Part shown: positions 54,704 to 64,000 of the stretch, piece by piece | Layout: the number at the start of each line of letters is the position of its first letter | How positions within the stretch are numbered: the first letter of the stretch is position 1 | Source of the DNA: Longimicrobiales bacterium | GTDB taxonomy: Bacteria > Gemmatimonadota > Gemmatimonadetes > Longimicrobiales > Gaopeijiaceae | Assembly (NCBI GenBank): GCA_041690395.1 | Contig: JAWLHJ010000001.1 | Location: forward strand, 672,001-736,000 | DNA length: 64,000 bases | Reading direction: 5' to 3' | The notes under the pieces: model-generated | What the model was told of the DNA's origin: nothing | The model's input: only the letters and a program-made list of their open reading frames with translations | The model's database searches: none | Program-made: the position numbers and the translations under genes

Positions 54704-57241
54704 ATGTCCGCCATCGTTCCTCGTCGGTACTCCATCGTCCGCCTGCTCGCCGTCCTCTTGGTCATCGGGTGCGGCGGCGGCGACAGTCCCACCGATCCCA
54801 CGGGACCCACGGATCCGGGACCCAACGACCCTGATCCGCCGGCCCCGACGGTGGCCGACGCGCCCACGGCCTCGTCGAGCGAGGTCACGCCGCTGGTGCC
54901 GGTCGTCCTGGACGGCCTTCCGGCCGGGCGCACCGACCTCTACGCCGAGCTCGCCGCCCCCGGCGCCTCGGAGCCCGACGCGGAGGGCGATTACGTGCTG
55001 CCGCTACTCCCCCGGGACGGGACGGAGTACGCGCTGACGGTGGTCCTGCACCCCGACGGTGGCCCCGATGGCGGGGACTTCGAGGTCCGGGTGCGCGGCG
55101 ACGACGGGTGGGTCACCGAGCCCCTGGAGCTGACGCTGCTCGCCCTTCCCGAGGCGCCGGGCGCGTTCATCGGTGCGCTCGACGACTTCCAGGACGTGCT
55201 GGACGCTCGCTTCGCCGACCTGGGGACCACCCGGGAGGCGGTTCTGGCCGCGGACTGGGCCACGGAGCTGGACGCGTCCCTCTACCCGGTGGCCATCGCC
55301 CAGACCATTCTGGACGATCCCACCCACGACCGGGACCTCCGCGACCTCCTGGCAGGAACGTCGTCCCTCACCGAGCTGGTCGGGGCGGATGAGGTCGACG
55401 TGGACCTTCTGGACCGCATCGCCGCCGCCGGCGGGATGGACGCGCTGTTCCGGGCCATGGCCGACGCCCTGCCCGCAGCCCCGGCCAGGAGCGCGGAAAG
55501 CCCGGTCCCGACGCCGGGAGGCCCCGCGCGTGCCATCTCCATCTCCAGCGCCGTGGAGCTGGACGACGCCATGACCCAGGCGTGGGCCGCCGCGCGGGAG
55601 ATCGATCCCAACACCGCCACCGGCGAGCTGCTGCAGGCGTACGGTCTGACCCTCGGCGCCCTGGGCCTGGTGACGGGCCCGGGCGGCGCTGCGGTCACCG
55701 CCGGGTTGGGCTCCGCGCTCTGGGCCTACCAGACGTATCTCGAGGGGCAGGCGAATCTCCTCCCCAAGCACTTCGTGGATGGCAGCCTGAGCTTCGAACT
55801 GGACGTCTCGGTATTCGAAGAAGACCGGCCGGGGCCCGGCACGTGGTCCAACGTCCGGGTGAGCGCCCGGAGCGAGGGGTGGAACCTGGACAAGGTGGTG
55901 GCGGATTTCCTGCTCAACCTCGCGGGGAACGCCGACGCCTATACCGCCTGGCTGAAGCGGTTCGAAGACGGGCCTTCGACGTTCATCAAGGACGCTTCGG
56001 GGTGGCTCTTCACCACCCAGCTCGGGAACCTCCCCATCGCGGAGAGCGGCTTCGTCGAGATCCCGCCCGAGGTGTGGACCGACATCGACGTCACCGGGGC
56101 GCCATGGTCGGAGGGGCGTCTCGCCACCGGCGACGCCGTGGAGATCAGTAGCGCCACGACGCTGGAGCCCATCCGGCCCGGCGAGGCGCTCCTCACCGTG
56201 GAGACTGACATCTCGCGCTTCGGGCAGGCCACGCCGGCCTTCCAGCGCCAGGAAGTCACCGTCCTCCCCATCGAGATCGATATCCAGGCCAGCGAGACCA
56301 CCGTGGAGCCCGGAGCCGTGGTGGAGCTCCAGATCACCGTCTCCAACGCTCTGGACACGGGCCTGGAGTGGACGCTCTCGGCGGGTGCGACCTGGGCCGA
56401 GGAGCCCACCGAGATCGGGGAGGGGGTGTGGTCCGCCGCCGTCCAGACGCCGGCCTCGGCGGAGCAGTTCCCCATCCAGGCCACCTTCACCTCCACCGCC
56501 ACCGGCGGAGCCCGGGACACGCCGGGTGCTCCGGTGCGGAGCGCCACCATCCGCGTCTCCGCGGTGTCGGTCTTCGTTGACCCGCCCACCGCCATCCTGT
56601 CCGAAGGGGAGAGCCAGCAGTTCCAGGCCATCGTCCTGGGAGCGGACGACACCGACGTGACGTGGACGGCGCTCGACCCCGACGGCGCTCCGGCGGCCAT
56701 CGGAGCCAACGGCCTCTTCACCGCCCCGGCCCGGACGGGCAGCTATCTGGTGGTGGCCACCAGCGTGGAGGACCCCACCGCCGAAGGGTACGCCAACGTC
56801 ACCGTGGCGGGGCAGTGCTACTGGACCATGGACATCCAGGGCCCGTACGGCGGGAGCTGGTCCGGGCCCATCGTGACGCACGTGTACGCCGGCGAGATCT
56901 TCGCGGAAAGCGCGTACACCATGACCTTCGTGCAGTCGGAGGAGTCGGACCTCCTGGGCGTGGTCCAGGCCCTCGGGCCGGCGGCTGGGGAGGCCTCGGG
57001 ATCGTGGACGGCAACCATGAGCTTCTCGCCGTCCGTGGGCGTCCAGTGGACCGCCGGGGACAGCGTCGATCCGCCGTCCAGCGTCTCGTTCAACGTGACG
57101 TCCAACGACGGGGAGTTGGTCGTGGGGTCGGCCACCGGCGAGGCGTTCATCCCGATCGGGGGAGGAGAGGTCCATTCGGCGCCGTACCAGCTGTCGTTCC
57201 GGAGCCTGAACGGCCTGGGTGACGGGTCGTGCATGCCGTGA
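54704..57241 (+). CDS. large lipoprotein with Ig-like domains
   Basis: Lipobox LVIGC plus a PTDP linker; Ig-like VDPPTAILSEGESQQFQAIV...VTW...IGANGLFTAP...YLVVATS; internal hydrophobic helix pair. Confidence 0.8.
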   Translation: MSAIVPRRYSIVRLLAVLLVIGCGGGDSPTDPTGPTDPGPNDPDPPAPTVADAPTASSSEVTPLVPVVLDGLPAGRTDLYAELAAPGASEPDAEGDYVLPLLPRDGTEYALTVVLHPDGGPDGGDFEVRVRGDDGWVTEPLELTLLALPEAPGAFIGALDDFQDVLDARFADLGTTREAVLAADWATELDASLYPVAIAQTILDDPTHDRDLRDLLAGTSSLTELVGADEVDVDLLDRIAAAGGMDALFRAMADALPAAPARSAESPVPTPGGPARAISISSAVELDDAMTQAWAAAREIDPNTATGELLQAYGLTLGALGLVTGPGGAAVTAGLGSALWAYQTYLEGQANLLPKHFVDGSLSFELDVSVFEEDRPGPGTWSNVRVSARSEGWNLDKVVADFLLNLAGNADAYTAWLKRFEDGPSTFIKDASGWLFTTQLGNLPIAESGFVEIPPEVWTDIDVTGAPWSEGRLATGDAVEISSATTLEPIRPGEALLTVETDISRFGQATPAFQRQEVTVLPIEIDIQASETTVEPGAVVELQITVSNALDTGLEWTLSAGATWAEEPTEIGEGVWSAAVQTPASAEQFPIQATFTSTATGGARDTPGAPVRSATIRVSAVSVFVDPPTAILSEGESQQFQAIVLGADDTDVTWTALDPDGAPAAIGANGLFTAPARTGSYLVVATSVEDPTAEGYANVTVAGQCYWTMDIQGPYGGSWSGPIVTHVYAGEIFAESAYTMTFVQSEESDLLGVVQALGPAAGEASGSWTATMSFSPSVGVQWTAGDSVDPPSSVSFNVTSNDGELVVGSATGEAFIPIGGGEVHSAPYQLSFRSLNGLGDGSCMP

Positions 57242-57248
57242 CGGCGTC

Positions 57249-60200
57249 ATGAAACGGTGGGTCGAGGTCCTCGGCCTGTTCCTGGGGATGGGGATGCCGG
57301 CGTGGGCCGGCGCCCAGAGCACGGAGTGGGCCGCCCAGCTCGTGGTGCCCGCGTATCCCAGTCCATACCTGTCGGAGTGGGAGCGGAACCCGCAGAACCT
57401 GACGCTGTCGGTGGCGTATTTCGGCGCCCCCGCGATGGAGTACCGCATCGAGGGTGTGGTGCGGGGAAGCGGGGGTGAGTTGGCCAGGGCCACCAGTCCC
57501 GTGTTCACCGTGACCGGCGGCCCGGCCAACGAGCTCTACTCCGGCGCCGACCTCCTGGGGTGGGACGTACGGGTGCGGCAGGACCGGGCGGACCAGGTGC
57601 TGGGCGCGGGCGTCCTCCCGGAGGACGACTACGAGCTGTGCGCCAGGGTCCTGTCGGAGGCGGGCATCCAGCTCACCGAGGCGTGTACGCTGTTCGCGGT
57701 GGCTCTCCCAGCCGCCCCTCAACTCCTGTATCCGCTGGAGCGGCAGGCGGTGAGCGCCTTTCAGCCCGTGTTCCAGTGGACCCCCGTGCAGCTTCCCCCC
57801 GAGGTCGGGACCCGCTACCGGGTGAGCATTGTGCCCATGGCCCCCCGGCAGACGGCGGGGACGGCGGTGCGGGCCAACCTCCCGGTCTACGAGGACGTTG
57901 TGGACGCGCCCGTCCTCGTCTACCCCGTGGACGCACTGGAGCTGGAAGACGGCGTCCGGTACGCGTGGCGGGTGGAGGCTCTCGACGGGTTGGGAGATGC
58001 CGTGGTTCCCGGCGGTCTCTTCTCCGAGACGTGGACGTTCACCGCCAGCACCGCGCGGACATCGGTCCCGTGGGACGAAGGCGAAGGGCGCCTTCCATCG
58101 GCCATCGATCTCGTCCCGGGCCTCGCCGAGATCCTGGACCTGGGCGCCCTGGACGTGGAGACCACCGCGTCCGGATGGCGCCTGAACGGACCGGCGTGGA
58201 TGCGCCTTGGCGGTCCGTTCAACCTCCGGGCCCGGGTTCGCCTGGACGACCTGGAGGTCGACGTGTTCGCGGGCAGCCACGCCGTGCGGGGTGGCGGCGT
58301 CGTGGCTCGTCTGGCCGCTCCGCTTCCCGTGGCCGGCGCGCTGCCGGTCCGGGTCACCGAGCTCACCTACGACGCCGCCATGGGTCTCACGGCCCAGGCG
58401 GTACTCGTCCGGGCCGACGGGACGGAGATGCCCCTGGAGGGCGATGTGCAGGTCACGGCGGCGGGGCTCTTCGGCACGCTCCGTACAGGGGAAGCCGGGG
58501 GCCAGGACCCCGTATGGCGGCTGGGCACGGACCCTGTGGAGCTGTCCCTCACGGACCTGGAGGTGCGCCTTCCCGGCGGCACGGTGACTGCGAGGGGCGA
58601 CGCCCGCCTTCTGGGCGGGATGGTCGAGTGCCGGGGCATGGCGGCCGCCCTGGACGAAGACGGCGTCTGGACGGTGACGCCCATGTGCATGGGCGTCGGG
58701 GATTACGGCCTCGAAGTCGTGGACGGGGCGCCCGGGTCCTCTCGGGCCACGGCCGGTGGCGCCGGGCCCGGCGTGCCCGTGCGCGTGGGGCTGGTCGCAG
58801 GCACGCTCTCGGCAAACCTAGTTCAGGGCACGGTTGCCTACGATCTCACCGCCTCCGCCGCCCTCGACCTCGACCCGGGAGCGGCGGACTGCTCCATCCG
58901 CTTCGACGTCGCCCTCGATTCGACGACCGGGACCACGGTGGACGGCGTCACGGGTCCGTGTGATGCCACTCGTGCCGCCCTCGATGCGGGTTGGGTACGA
59001 CTCGGTCTCGGCGGCCTCCGGGTCGCGTCGGTGAGTTACACGCCCGGCCAGGGCTTCGAGATCGAAGCCGACGTCGACCTCGTCCCCACGCTGCCGGCGC
59101 TACCCGACCTCGAGCTGCCGACGCTCACCGGGGCCCGTGTCGGCGGGGAGGGCCTCACGTTCCCCGACGGGCTGTTGCCCGGGCTGCAGGCTTCCGTGGA
59201 CCTGGACGGCTACGGCCTCGCCGCGGCCTCCGTCACCGTGCCCGCCGGAACCATTCCGTGGGCGGCGTGGCGGGACGGATCCCTGGAAGGATTCGGTGTC
59301 ACCTTCGACGCGGCGCTCGCCCTGCCCGGCCTCCCCGCTACGACGCCGCTCTGTCTCGCGGAGGCCGTGCCCGCCGTGCGGCGGGGCATCATCGCCGCGG
59401 GGCTCCTGACCCTCGACGTGACGGCGTCCACGGCCTTCCGGGAAGCGTGCAGGATTCCCCTGGCTCCGGACGCCGTCCCGGGGCTCGCGCTGGAAGCGGA
59501 GGCGTTCGTGGGCCCCGTGGTCACCGACCTCTCGGACGGCGTTACCCTCGTGGATGGGCTCGGCGTCACCGGATCGCTCATCCTTCCCGAGGTGTTCTCC
59601 TGTCAGGGTGCGTCCCTCCGTCTGGACGGAGCGCTCCGACTGGCTCCCGACGGTCGCCTGGCAGGAGAAAGTGCCGTCTCCGAGGGGGGCTGCGATCTTT
59701 CCGTGGGGGGACTCGACCTCGACCTCGCGTCGGGCGAGGTGGATTTCGAGCTCACGTCCGACGGGGCTCGGGGCCGATGGACCGCCGAGGTGGCGGTCCG
59801 GACCGTGGACGGCGAGGTGGACTCGCCGACCGTCGACGCCCTGGGCCGGCTCACATTCGATGTCGCCACGGGCGCCATCGCCGACGGCGTTTTGGAGGTG
59901 CCCGGGCCACTGGATCTGCGCCTCCCGCAGGAAGATCCGGTGTTCGACTTCCGCCTGGATGGAGCCCGCCTGGATGCCGCCGGCCTCACCATCGACGGCC
60001 GGCACGCGCTCCGCTTCCCCGACGGCGCCACCATGGGGGTGACGTTCGACGAGGTTCGGGTGGCCCCCGAAGGCCGGAGCTTCACGGCGGGCCGGGTGCT
60101 CTTCGACACCGAGTTCGCGCTGGACGGCGGCGTTGCCGAGGACGGAAGGGTAGCGTGGCGAGCGGTATCCACGGAGATGCCTTTCACGTTGGCCTCGGGC

Positions 60201-63200
60201 TTCCGGGTAGGCCTGCCGGCTCAGGTGGCGCTCACCCCCTCGGGGCTCGAGGTGGCAGGTGAGGGAGCGGCCCGGGTGGTCTACGCCGGCGAGGATGTCA
60301 CCGAACTCTCCGGATCGTTCGAAGACGGCTTCGTCCTGGGCCTCGATCCCCTGACCGTGGCCGGGGGATACCTGGATCTGCTACTCCAGGGACGACGGCT
60401 GGCGTACGTGGACGACACCGGGTTCCACCCGGACTTCGGCGCCCTCGCCGTGGATCTAGTTCCCGCGCGACTCCCCCTTCCGTCCCTGTCCGTTGCCTAT
60501 CTGCAGCTCCGGGACGAGGACGGGACGCTTCTCCTGGCGGAAGAGGAGCTGGAGGACGGCGTCCGCATCTACACGCCCGAGGGAACCACGGTGCCCCTTG
60601 TGCTGCCGGCCCTGGCCCTGGAGCGGAGCGGAGGGGGTGCACCGGGCGCCGGAGCCCCCGCCGGGCCGGCGGCCTCGGGGATCCCCGCCGAGGGCGACCC
60701 GCCCACCGTGGACGTCACCGTGGACTTGGTGGTGGGGCGGGGGTTCGGGCCGGAGGTTCGATCGGGCGTGGTCACCGGACTGGTGGATCCCGTGGAACAC
60801 CCCGAGCTGGACCTGTCCGCTTCGGGCCTCCCGTTCCGGGTGCGGACCGCCACCTTCGCAGACCCGGACGGCGCGGGGATGCGCTGGCGTCTGGAGGGGG
60901 ATCCCGTCCTCTTCGGGAGCCCGGTGGAGCAGGGAAGCTCCGCTCTGGAGCTTACCGCCGACAGTCGTCTCCTCGGCGAGGTCGACCTCCCCTATGCTGC
61001 TTCCTTGCCCCTGGTCCCGGACAGCGACGTGCTGGTCTTCCAGCACCAGCGCGTCGTCGGGGCCTTCGACGTATCGCTGCCCGACGGAGGTGGTGCATGG
61101 TCCATGAGCCTGGAAGGCGACCTGGCTCTGGACCTGGACGGCTCCGGGGGTCTGGCGGTGGCGGCCACCCTCGAGCTGGACCCGTGGGGTGCGCGCTTCA
61201 CCGAGCTGGACGTCATGGCCGAGGCGCCCCCCGTCTACTTCGACGGAGGTCTCCTCGAACTGGGCGTCTCGGGTCTGCGGCTGCCGGATCTGGGGTGGAC
61301 CCCGGGTGACGGCTGGGACTTCGAGGCGGTGTTCGACGCCACGCTGCGCTTTCCGGGGCTCGACGGGGTCACCACGGGGCTCATCCCCGACCTCCGCCTG
61401 ACTCCCGGCGGCTTGGCCTTTCCGTCCCTCGAGCTGGCCGACCTGTCGGGGGGCTTCGACCTGGCGGGCTTTCGCATCGCGCCCCGGGCCCTCCGTCTCC
61501 CGGCAGTGGACCTGGACGTCTTCGGCTCGGGGCTGGCCTTCGACTGGGCCCCGTCCTTCGACCTCTCCATCGAGCTGGGCGGCGACGGGACCGACCGGTG
61601 GCCGGCGTTGGCGGGCTTCACCTTCTCCGCCCTGGATGTCACCCTGGGCCTGGACGGATTCACCGGCGGTCTCGAGCCGCTCACCCTCCTGAATCCCTTC
61701 GCGCTGGAGCTCGGATCCGGTGGTCTGGGAGTCAGCCTGGGCTCCTTCTCCGGTGCGTTCACCGTGGGCGACGGAGGGGCGGGGCTGGATCTCGTTGCCG
61801 GTGGCGCGCTCCTGCTCCCCGAAGCGCTGCGGTGCGAGACGGATCCCGCGGCGGAGGTGACGCTCCCCGACGCGTCCCTGCAGCTCTTCGGGAACGGGGG
61901 TATGGGCGGACGCTTCGACGACGTCGCCGTGTCGTGCCCGCTCCGCATGGGCCCGCTGGAGCTGGAGCTCACCGACGCCGACCTGGTCTTCGCCTTCGTC
62001 GACGACGTCCAGCAGGTGAACCTCTTCACGGACGCCGTCCTCACCCTGGAGGGGGTGACAGGGGGCGGTGGAGCCGGCGGCGCCGGCGGTCCGGGGGGCG
62101 AGACCACCGGTACGGTCACGGCCACCGGAAGCCTGGACCTATCCCTCCTCGAGCCCCGGGTTCGGGGCGGCCAGATCGTGGTGGATCAGCCCTTCAGCTG
62201 GGGCCTTCCCACCGACGACCCCTTCGTCACCTTCACGGTGTCGTACGCCGAGCTCGACGGCCGGGGCTTCGTCCTGGACGGGAGCGGAGCGGTGGTGGGC
62301 GCTGCCGGTGCGGTCGGACCCGACGTCGTCTTCGACGACCTCACCTTCGACCACCGGGGCGAGCTCGTGGCGGGTTCGGCCACGGTGGATGCCGGCCTGG
62401 TGCTGGACGCATCCGTGTACGGGTCCGCGTTGGCCTGGACCGTGGCCGAGCCGGGCGCGGACCGCACTGAGGGGGACGGGTTCCGCCTCGCCCTGGGCGC
62501 CGCCGCGACCCTCGGCGCCGACGGCCTGGCCCTGAACGGCTCGGCCACCGGCTCGCTCCATTTCGCCGACTCCACCTACGCGGCCCTGGACGTTTCGTTC
62601 TCGGACGGCTTCACCCTCACCCCCCGCGCCCCACGGGTGAACGCGGGACGAGCGGACTTCGCGCTCGATGGCACACAGGTCGCCTTCGTGGACAGGCGCG
62701 GCTTCTTCCCCGGCGACGTCTTCGGGGTGCTGCCCCTGCCGGAGCGCATCGGCCTCCCCACTGAAGACGTGGCTTATCTGCAGGTGAGGGATCCCGACAC
62801 CGGGACGTCCCTGGTCACGTCCGCCGTCGTCACGGACGGCGTGCAGATCGCCACCCGGCCCAACGCGCCGGTTTCCCTCGTCCTCCCCGGCGTGCCGGCG
62901 CCCACGGGTGGACCCACCGTCCTTCCCGTGACCTTCGACGTGGTCATGAACGGAGGGAGCTACGCGCTGGCGTCCGGCTCCCTGGAAGTGGCCGCGGCGG
63001 ACGGGGAGGCACTCTTCGACCTGTCAGGCCTGGGCGTGCCTCTCGAGGTCGTGCGGGTGGCCTACGATCCCGCTGAGGCTCCCGGCCCCGTGCTCGATGC
63101 CCGGGTGCGGCTGCCGGAGTCGTGGGGTGGCGCCGACGTTCGCTTCCAGGGACTCACCGTGACGGCCCAGGGCCTCGAGGGTGAGGTGGTGGCCGGGACG

Positions 63201-64000
63201 TTCGCGGCGGCGGAGGCCGGAGGGGCGCCCATCGGGTCGGCGGTGGATCCGGGCGCGGGTATGCCGTTGGCCGATGTGGGCCTGGGTGCCCTCGATCTCA
63301 CCGTGGACGGGGCCCGGGTGCGCTTCGGAGCGTCGCCGGACGTCACGCTCCAGGGAGGTATCCGCAGCGAGCTCTTCGAGGATGCCGACGGCACCCGACC
63401 CCGGCTGGGGTACTCGGCCTCCGTCGACCCCGCCGGTGCGCTTACGTTGCTCGCGGACGTGTCCACCCTACCGAACGGTCGGCTCCCTCTGGGCGTGGGA
63501 ACGTTCGAGCCCGTTCCGCTCGGGAGTCAGCCGGCCGTCACCGCGGAAGCCTCGGCGGAATCGTTCGCCCTGATCCTGTCCGGTGTCCTCAGGATGCCGG
63601 ACCTCTCCGAGACCTTCGCTCTCACCGTCCAGGGTCTCCGGGTCGGAACCGATGGCATCGGCCTGCCGTCCGTCTCCCTCACCGGCGCCGAGGGAGCCCA
63701 GGAGCTGGAGATCTTCGGTGGCGCCGTCACCCTCCGCGATACCGACGCCGGGCCGGGGCTGGGGTTGGGGCTCGATGGGCGCGTGCTCCTGCTCACCCTG
63801 AACGGTGATCTGGACCTCCTGGGCCGCACCGTGGCCTTCGAGGGACTCCGGGTGGGCACCGACGGACGACTGGAGATGGCCGGCGCGAGCCTCCTCGGCG
63901 ATCCCGTGGCGCTGGTGCCCGGCGCCATCACCCTCACGGCCCTCGCCGTCCGGAACCGTGCGCTGGAGGCCGGGCTCGCCATCGATCTCCCCGCGCCCTT
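57249..64000 (+). CDS. giant secreted protein (>2250 aa, 3' end outside the window): TANFOR-like/FN3-like N-terminus followed by long beta-strand repeats
   Basis: Manual translation: MKRWVEVLGLFLGMGMPAWAGAQ signal; PAYPSPYLSEW...LPEDDYELC...PQLLYP...PVFQWTP...YAWRVEA...SETWTF. Spot checks stay in this frame to the window end (...ALEAGLAIDLPAP), and no closed ORF in this frame appears in the track. Confidence 0.85.
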   Translation, partial: MKRWVEVLGLFLGMGMPAWAGAQSTEWAAQLVVPAYPSPYLSEWERNPQNLTLSVAYFGAPAMEYRIEGVVRGSGGELARATSPVFTVTGGPANELYSGADLLGWDVRVRQDRADQVLGAGVLPEDDYELCARVLSEAGIQLTEACTLFAVALPAAPQLLYPLERQAVSAFQPVFQWTPVQLPPEVGTRYRVSIVPMAPRQTAGTAVRANLPVYEDVVDAPVLVYPVDALELEDGVRYAWRVEALDGLGDAVVPGGLFSETWTFTASTARTSVPWDEGEGRLPSAIDLVPGLAEILDLGALDVETTASGWRLNGPAWMRLGGPFNLRARVRLDDLEVDVFAGSHAVRGGGVVARLAAPLPVAGALPVRVTELTYDAAMGLTAQAVLVRADGTEMPLEGDVQVTAAGLFGTLRTGEAGGQDPVWRLGTDPVELSLTDLEVRLPGGTVTARGDARLLGGMVECRGMAAALDEDGVWTVTPMCMGVGDYGLEVVDGAPGSSRATAGGAGPGVPVRVGLVAGTLSANLVQGTVAYDLTASAALDLDPGAADCSIRFDVALDSTTGTTVDGVTGPCDATRAALDAGWVRLGLGGLRVASVSYTPGQGFEIEADVDLVPTLPALPDLELPTLTGARVGGEGLTFPDGLLPGLQASVDLDGYGLAAASVTVPAGTIPWAAWRDGSLEGFGVTFDAALALPGLPATTPLCLAEAVPAVRRGIIAAGLLTLDVTASTAFREACRIPLAPDAVPGLALEAEAFVGPVVTDLSDGVTLVDGLGVTGSLILPEVFSCQGASLRLDGALRLAPDGRLAGESAVSEGGCDLSVGGLDLDLASGEVDFELTSDGARGRWTAEVAVRTVDGEVDSPTVDALGRLTFDVATGAIADGVLEVPGPLDLRLPQEDPVFDFRLDGARLDAAGLTIDGRHALRFPDGATMGVTFDEVRVAPEGRSFTAGRVLFDTEFALDGGVAEDGRVAWRAVSTEMPFTLASGFRVGLPAQVALTPSGLEVAGEGAARVVYAGEDVTELSGSFEDGFVLGLDPLTVAGGYLDLLLQGRRLAYVDDTGFHPDFGALAVDLVPARLPLPSLSVAYLQLRDEDGTLLLAEEELEDGVRIYTPEGTTVPLVLPALALERSGGGAPGAGAPAGPAASGIPAEGDPPTVDVTVDLVVGRGFGPEVRSGVVTGLVDPVEHPELDLSASGLPFRVRTATFADPDGAGMRWRLEGDPVLFGSPVEQGSSALELTADSRLLGEVDLPYAASLPLVPDSDVLVFQHQRVVGAFDVSLPDGGGAWSMSLEGDLALDLDGSGGLAVAATLELDPWGARFTELDVMAEAPPVYFDGGLLELGVSGLRLPDLGWTPGDGWDFEAVFDATLRFPGLDGVTTGLIPDLRLTPGGLAFPSLELADLSGGFDLAGFRIAPRALRLPAVDLDVFGSGLAFDWAPSFDLSIELGGDGTDRWPALAGFTFSALDVTLGLDGFTGGLEPLTLLNPFALELGSGGLGVSLGSFSGAFTVGDGGAGLDLVAGGALLLPEALRCETDPAAEVTLPDASLQLFGNGGMGGRFDDVAVSCPLRMGPLELELTDADLVFAFVDDVQQVNLFTDAVLTLEGVTGGGGAGGAGGPGGETTGTVTATGSLDLSLLEPRVRGGQIVVDQPFSWGLPTDDPFVTFTVSYAELDGRGFVLDGSGAVVGAAGAVGPDVVFDDLTFDHRGELVAGSATVDAGLVLDASVYGSALAWTVAEPGADRTEGDGFRLALGAAATLGADGLALNGSATGSLHFADSTYAALDVSFSDGFTLTPRAPRVNAGRADFALDGTQVAFVDRRGFFPGDVFGVLPLPERIGLPTEDVAYLQVRDPDTGTSLVTSAVVTDGVQIATRPNAPVSLVLPGVPAPTGGPTVLPVTFDVVMNGGSYALASGSLEVAAADGEALFDLSGLGVPLEVVRVAYDPAEAPGPVLDARVRLPESWGGADVRFQGLTVTAQGLEGEVVAGTFAAAEAGGAPIGSAVDPGAGMPLADVGLGALDLTVDGARVRFGASPDVTLQGGIRSELFEDADGTRPRLGYSASVDPAGALTLLADVSTLPNGRLPLGVGTFEPVPLGSQPAVTAEASAESFALILSGVLRMPDLSETFALTVQGLRVGTDGIGLPSVSLTGAEGAQELEIFGGAVTLRDTDAGPGLGLGLDGRVLLLTLNGDLDLLGRTVAFEGLRVGTDGRLEMAGASLLGDPVALVPGAITLTALAVRNRALEAGLAIDLPAP

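Noticed and set aside
57560..63982. Many short ORFs on both strands in the last 6.5 kb
   Set aside because: All are alternative-frame products overlapping the single giant open frame that starts at 57249.

Overview
High-GC window that looks like ordinary chromosome. Gene content (PadR/ADOP permease, PD40-amidohydrolases, many lipoproteins) suggests Gemmatimonadota; this is an inference. About 45 genes can be supported. Two are missing from the ORF track because they run off the window: a STAND-type ATPase/TPR regulator (<1-2144, minus) and a giant secreted beta-rich repeat protein (57249->64000, plus). No rRNA, tRNA, CRISPR array or transposase was seen; one cobalamin riboswitch is present. 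The main candidates for new biology are five. (1) A vapBC-like module whose PIN toxin is fused in frame to REC-degenerate GGDEF-REC and heads a translationally coupled HEAT-repeat/GT2 polysaccharide-synthase operon. (2) An ECF sigma locus with a membrane anti-sigma-like protein and an exported protein that both end in glycogen-binding (CBM48/AMPK-beta-like) domains, plus two paralogous exported helical proteins, a twice-repeated GTGACC-N15-GAGTGTTCA candidate promoter and a probable ATT start codon. (3) A secreted 4-Cys peptide clustered with a single-Cys thioredoxin-like protein and a membrane-anchored beta-propeller. (4) The giant protein, with a ~760-aa internal repeat, behind a repeat-rich intergenic region. 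(5) A collapsed ComEC-like pseudogene. Family names come from motif recognition by eye, not from database searches.
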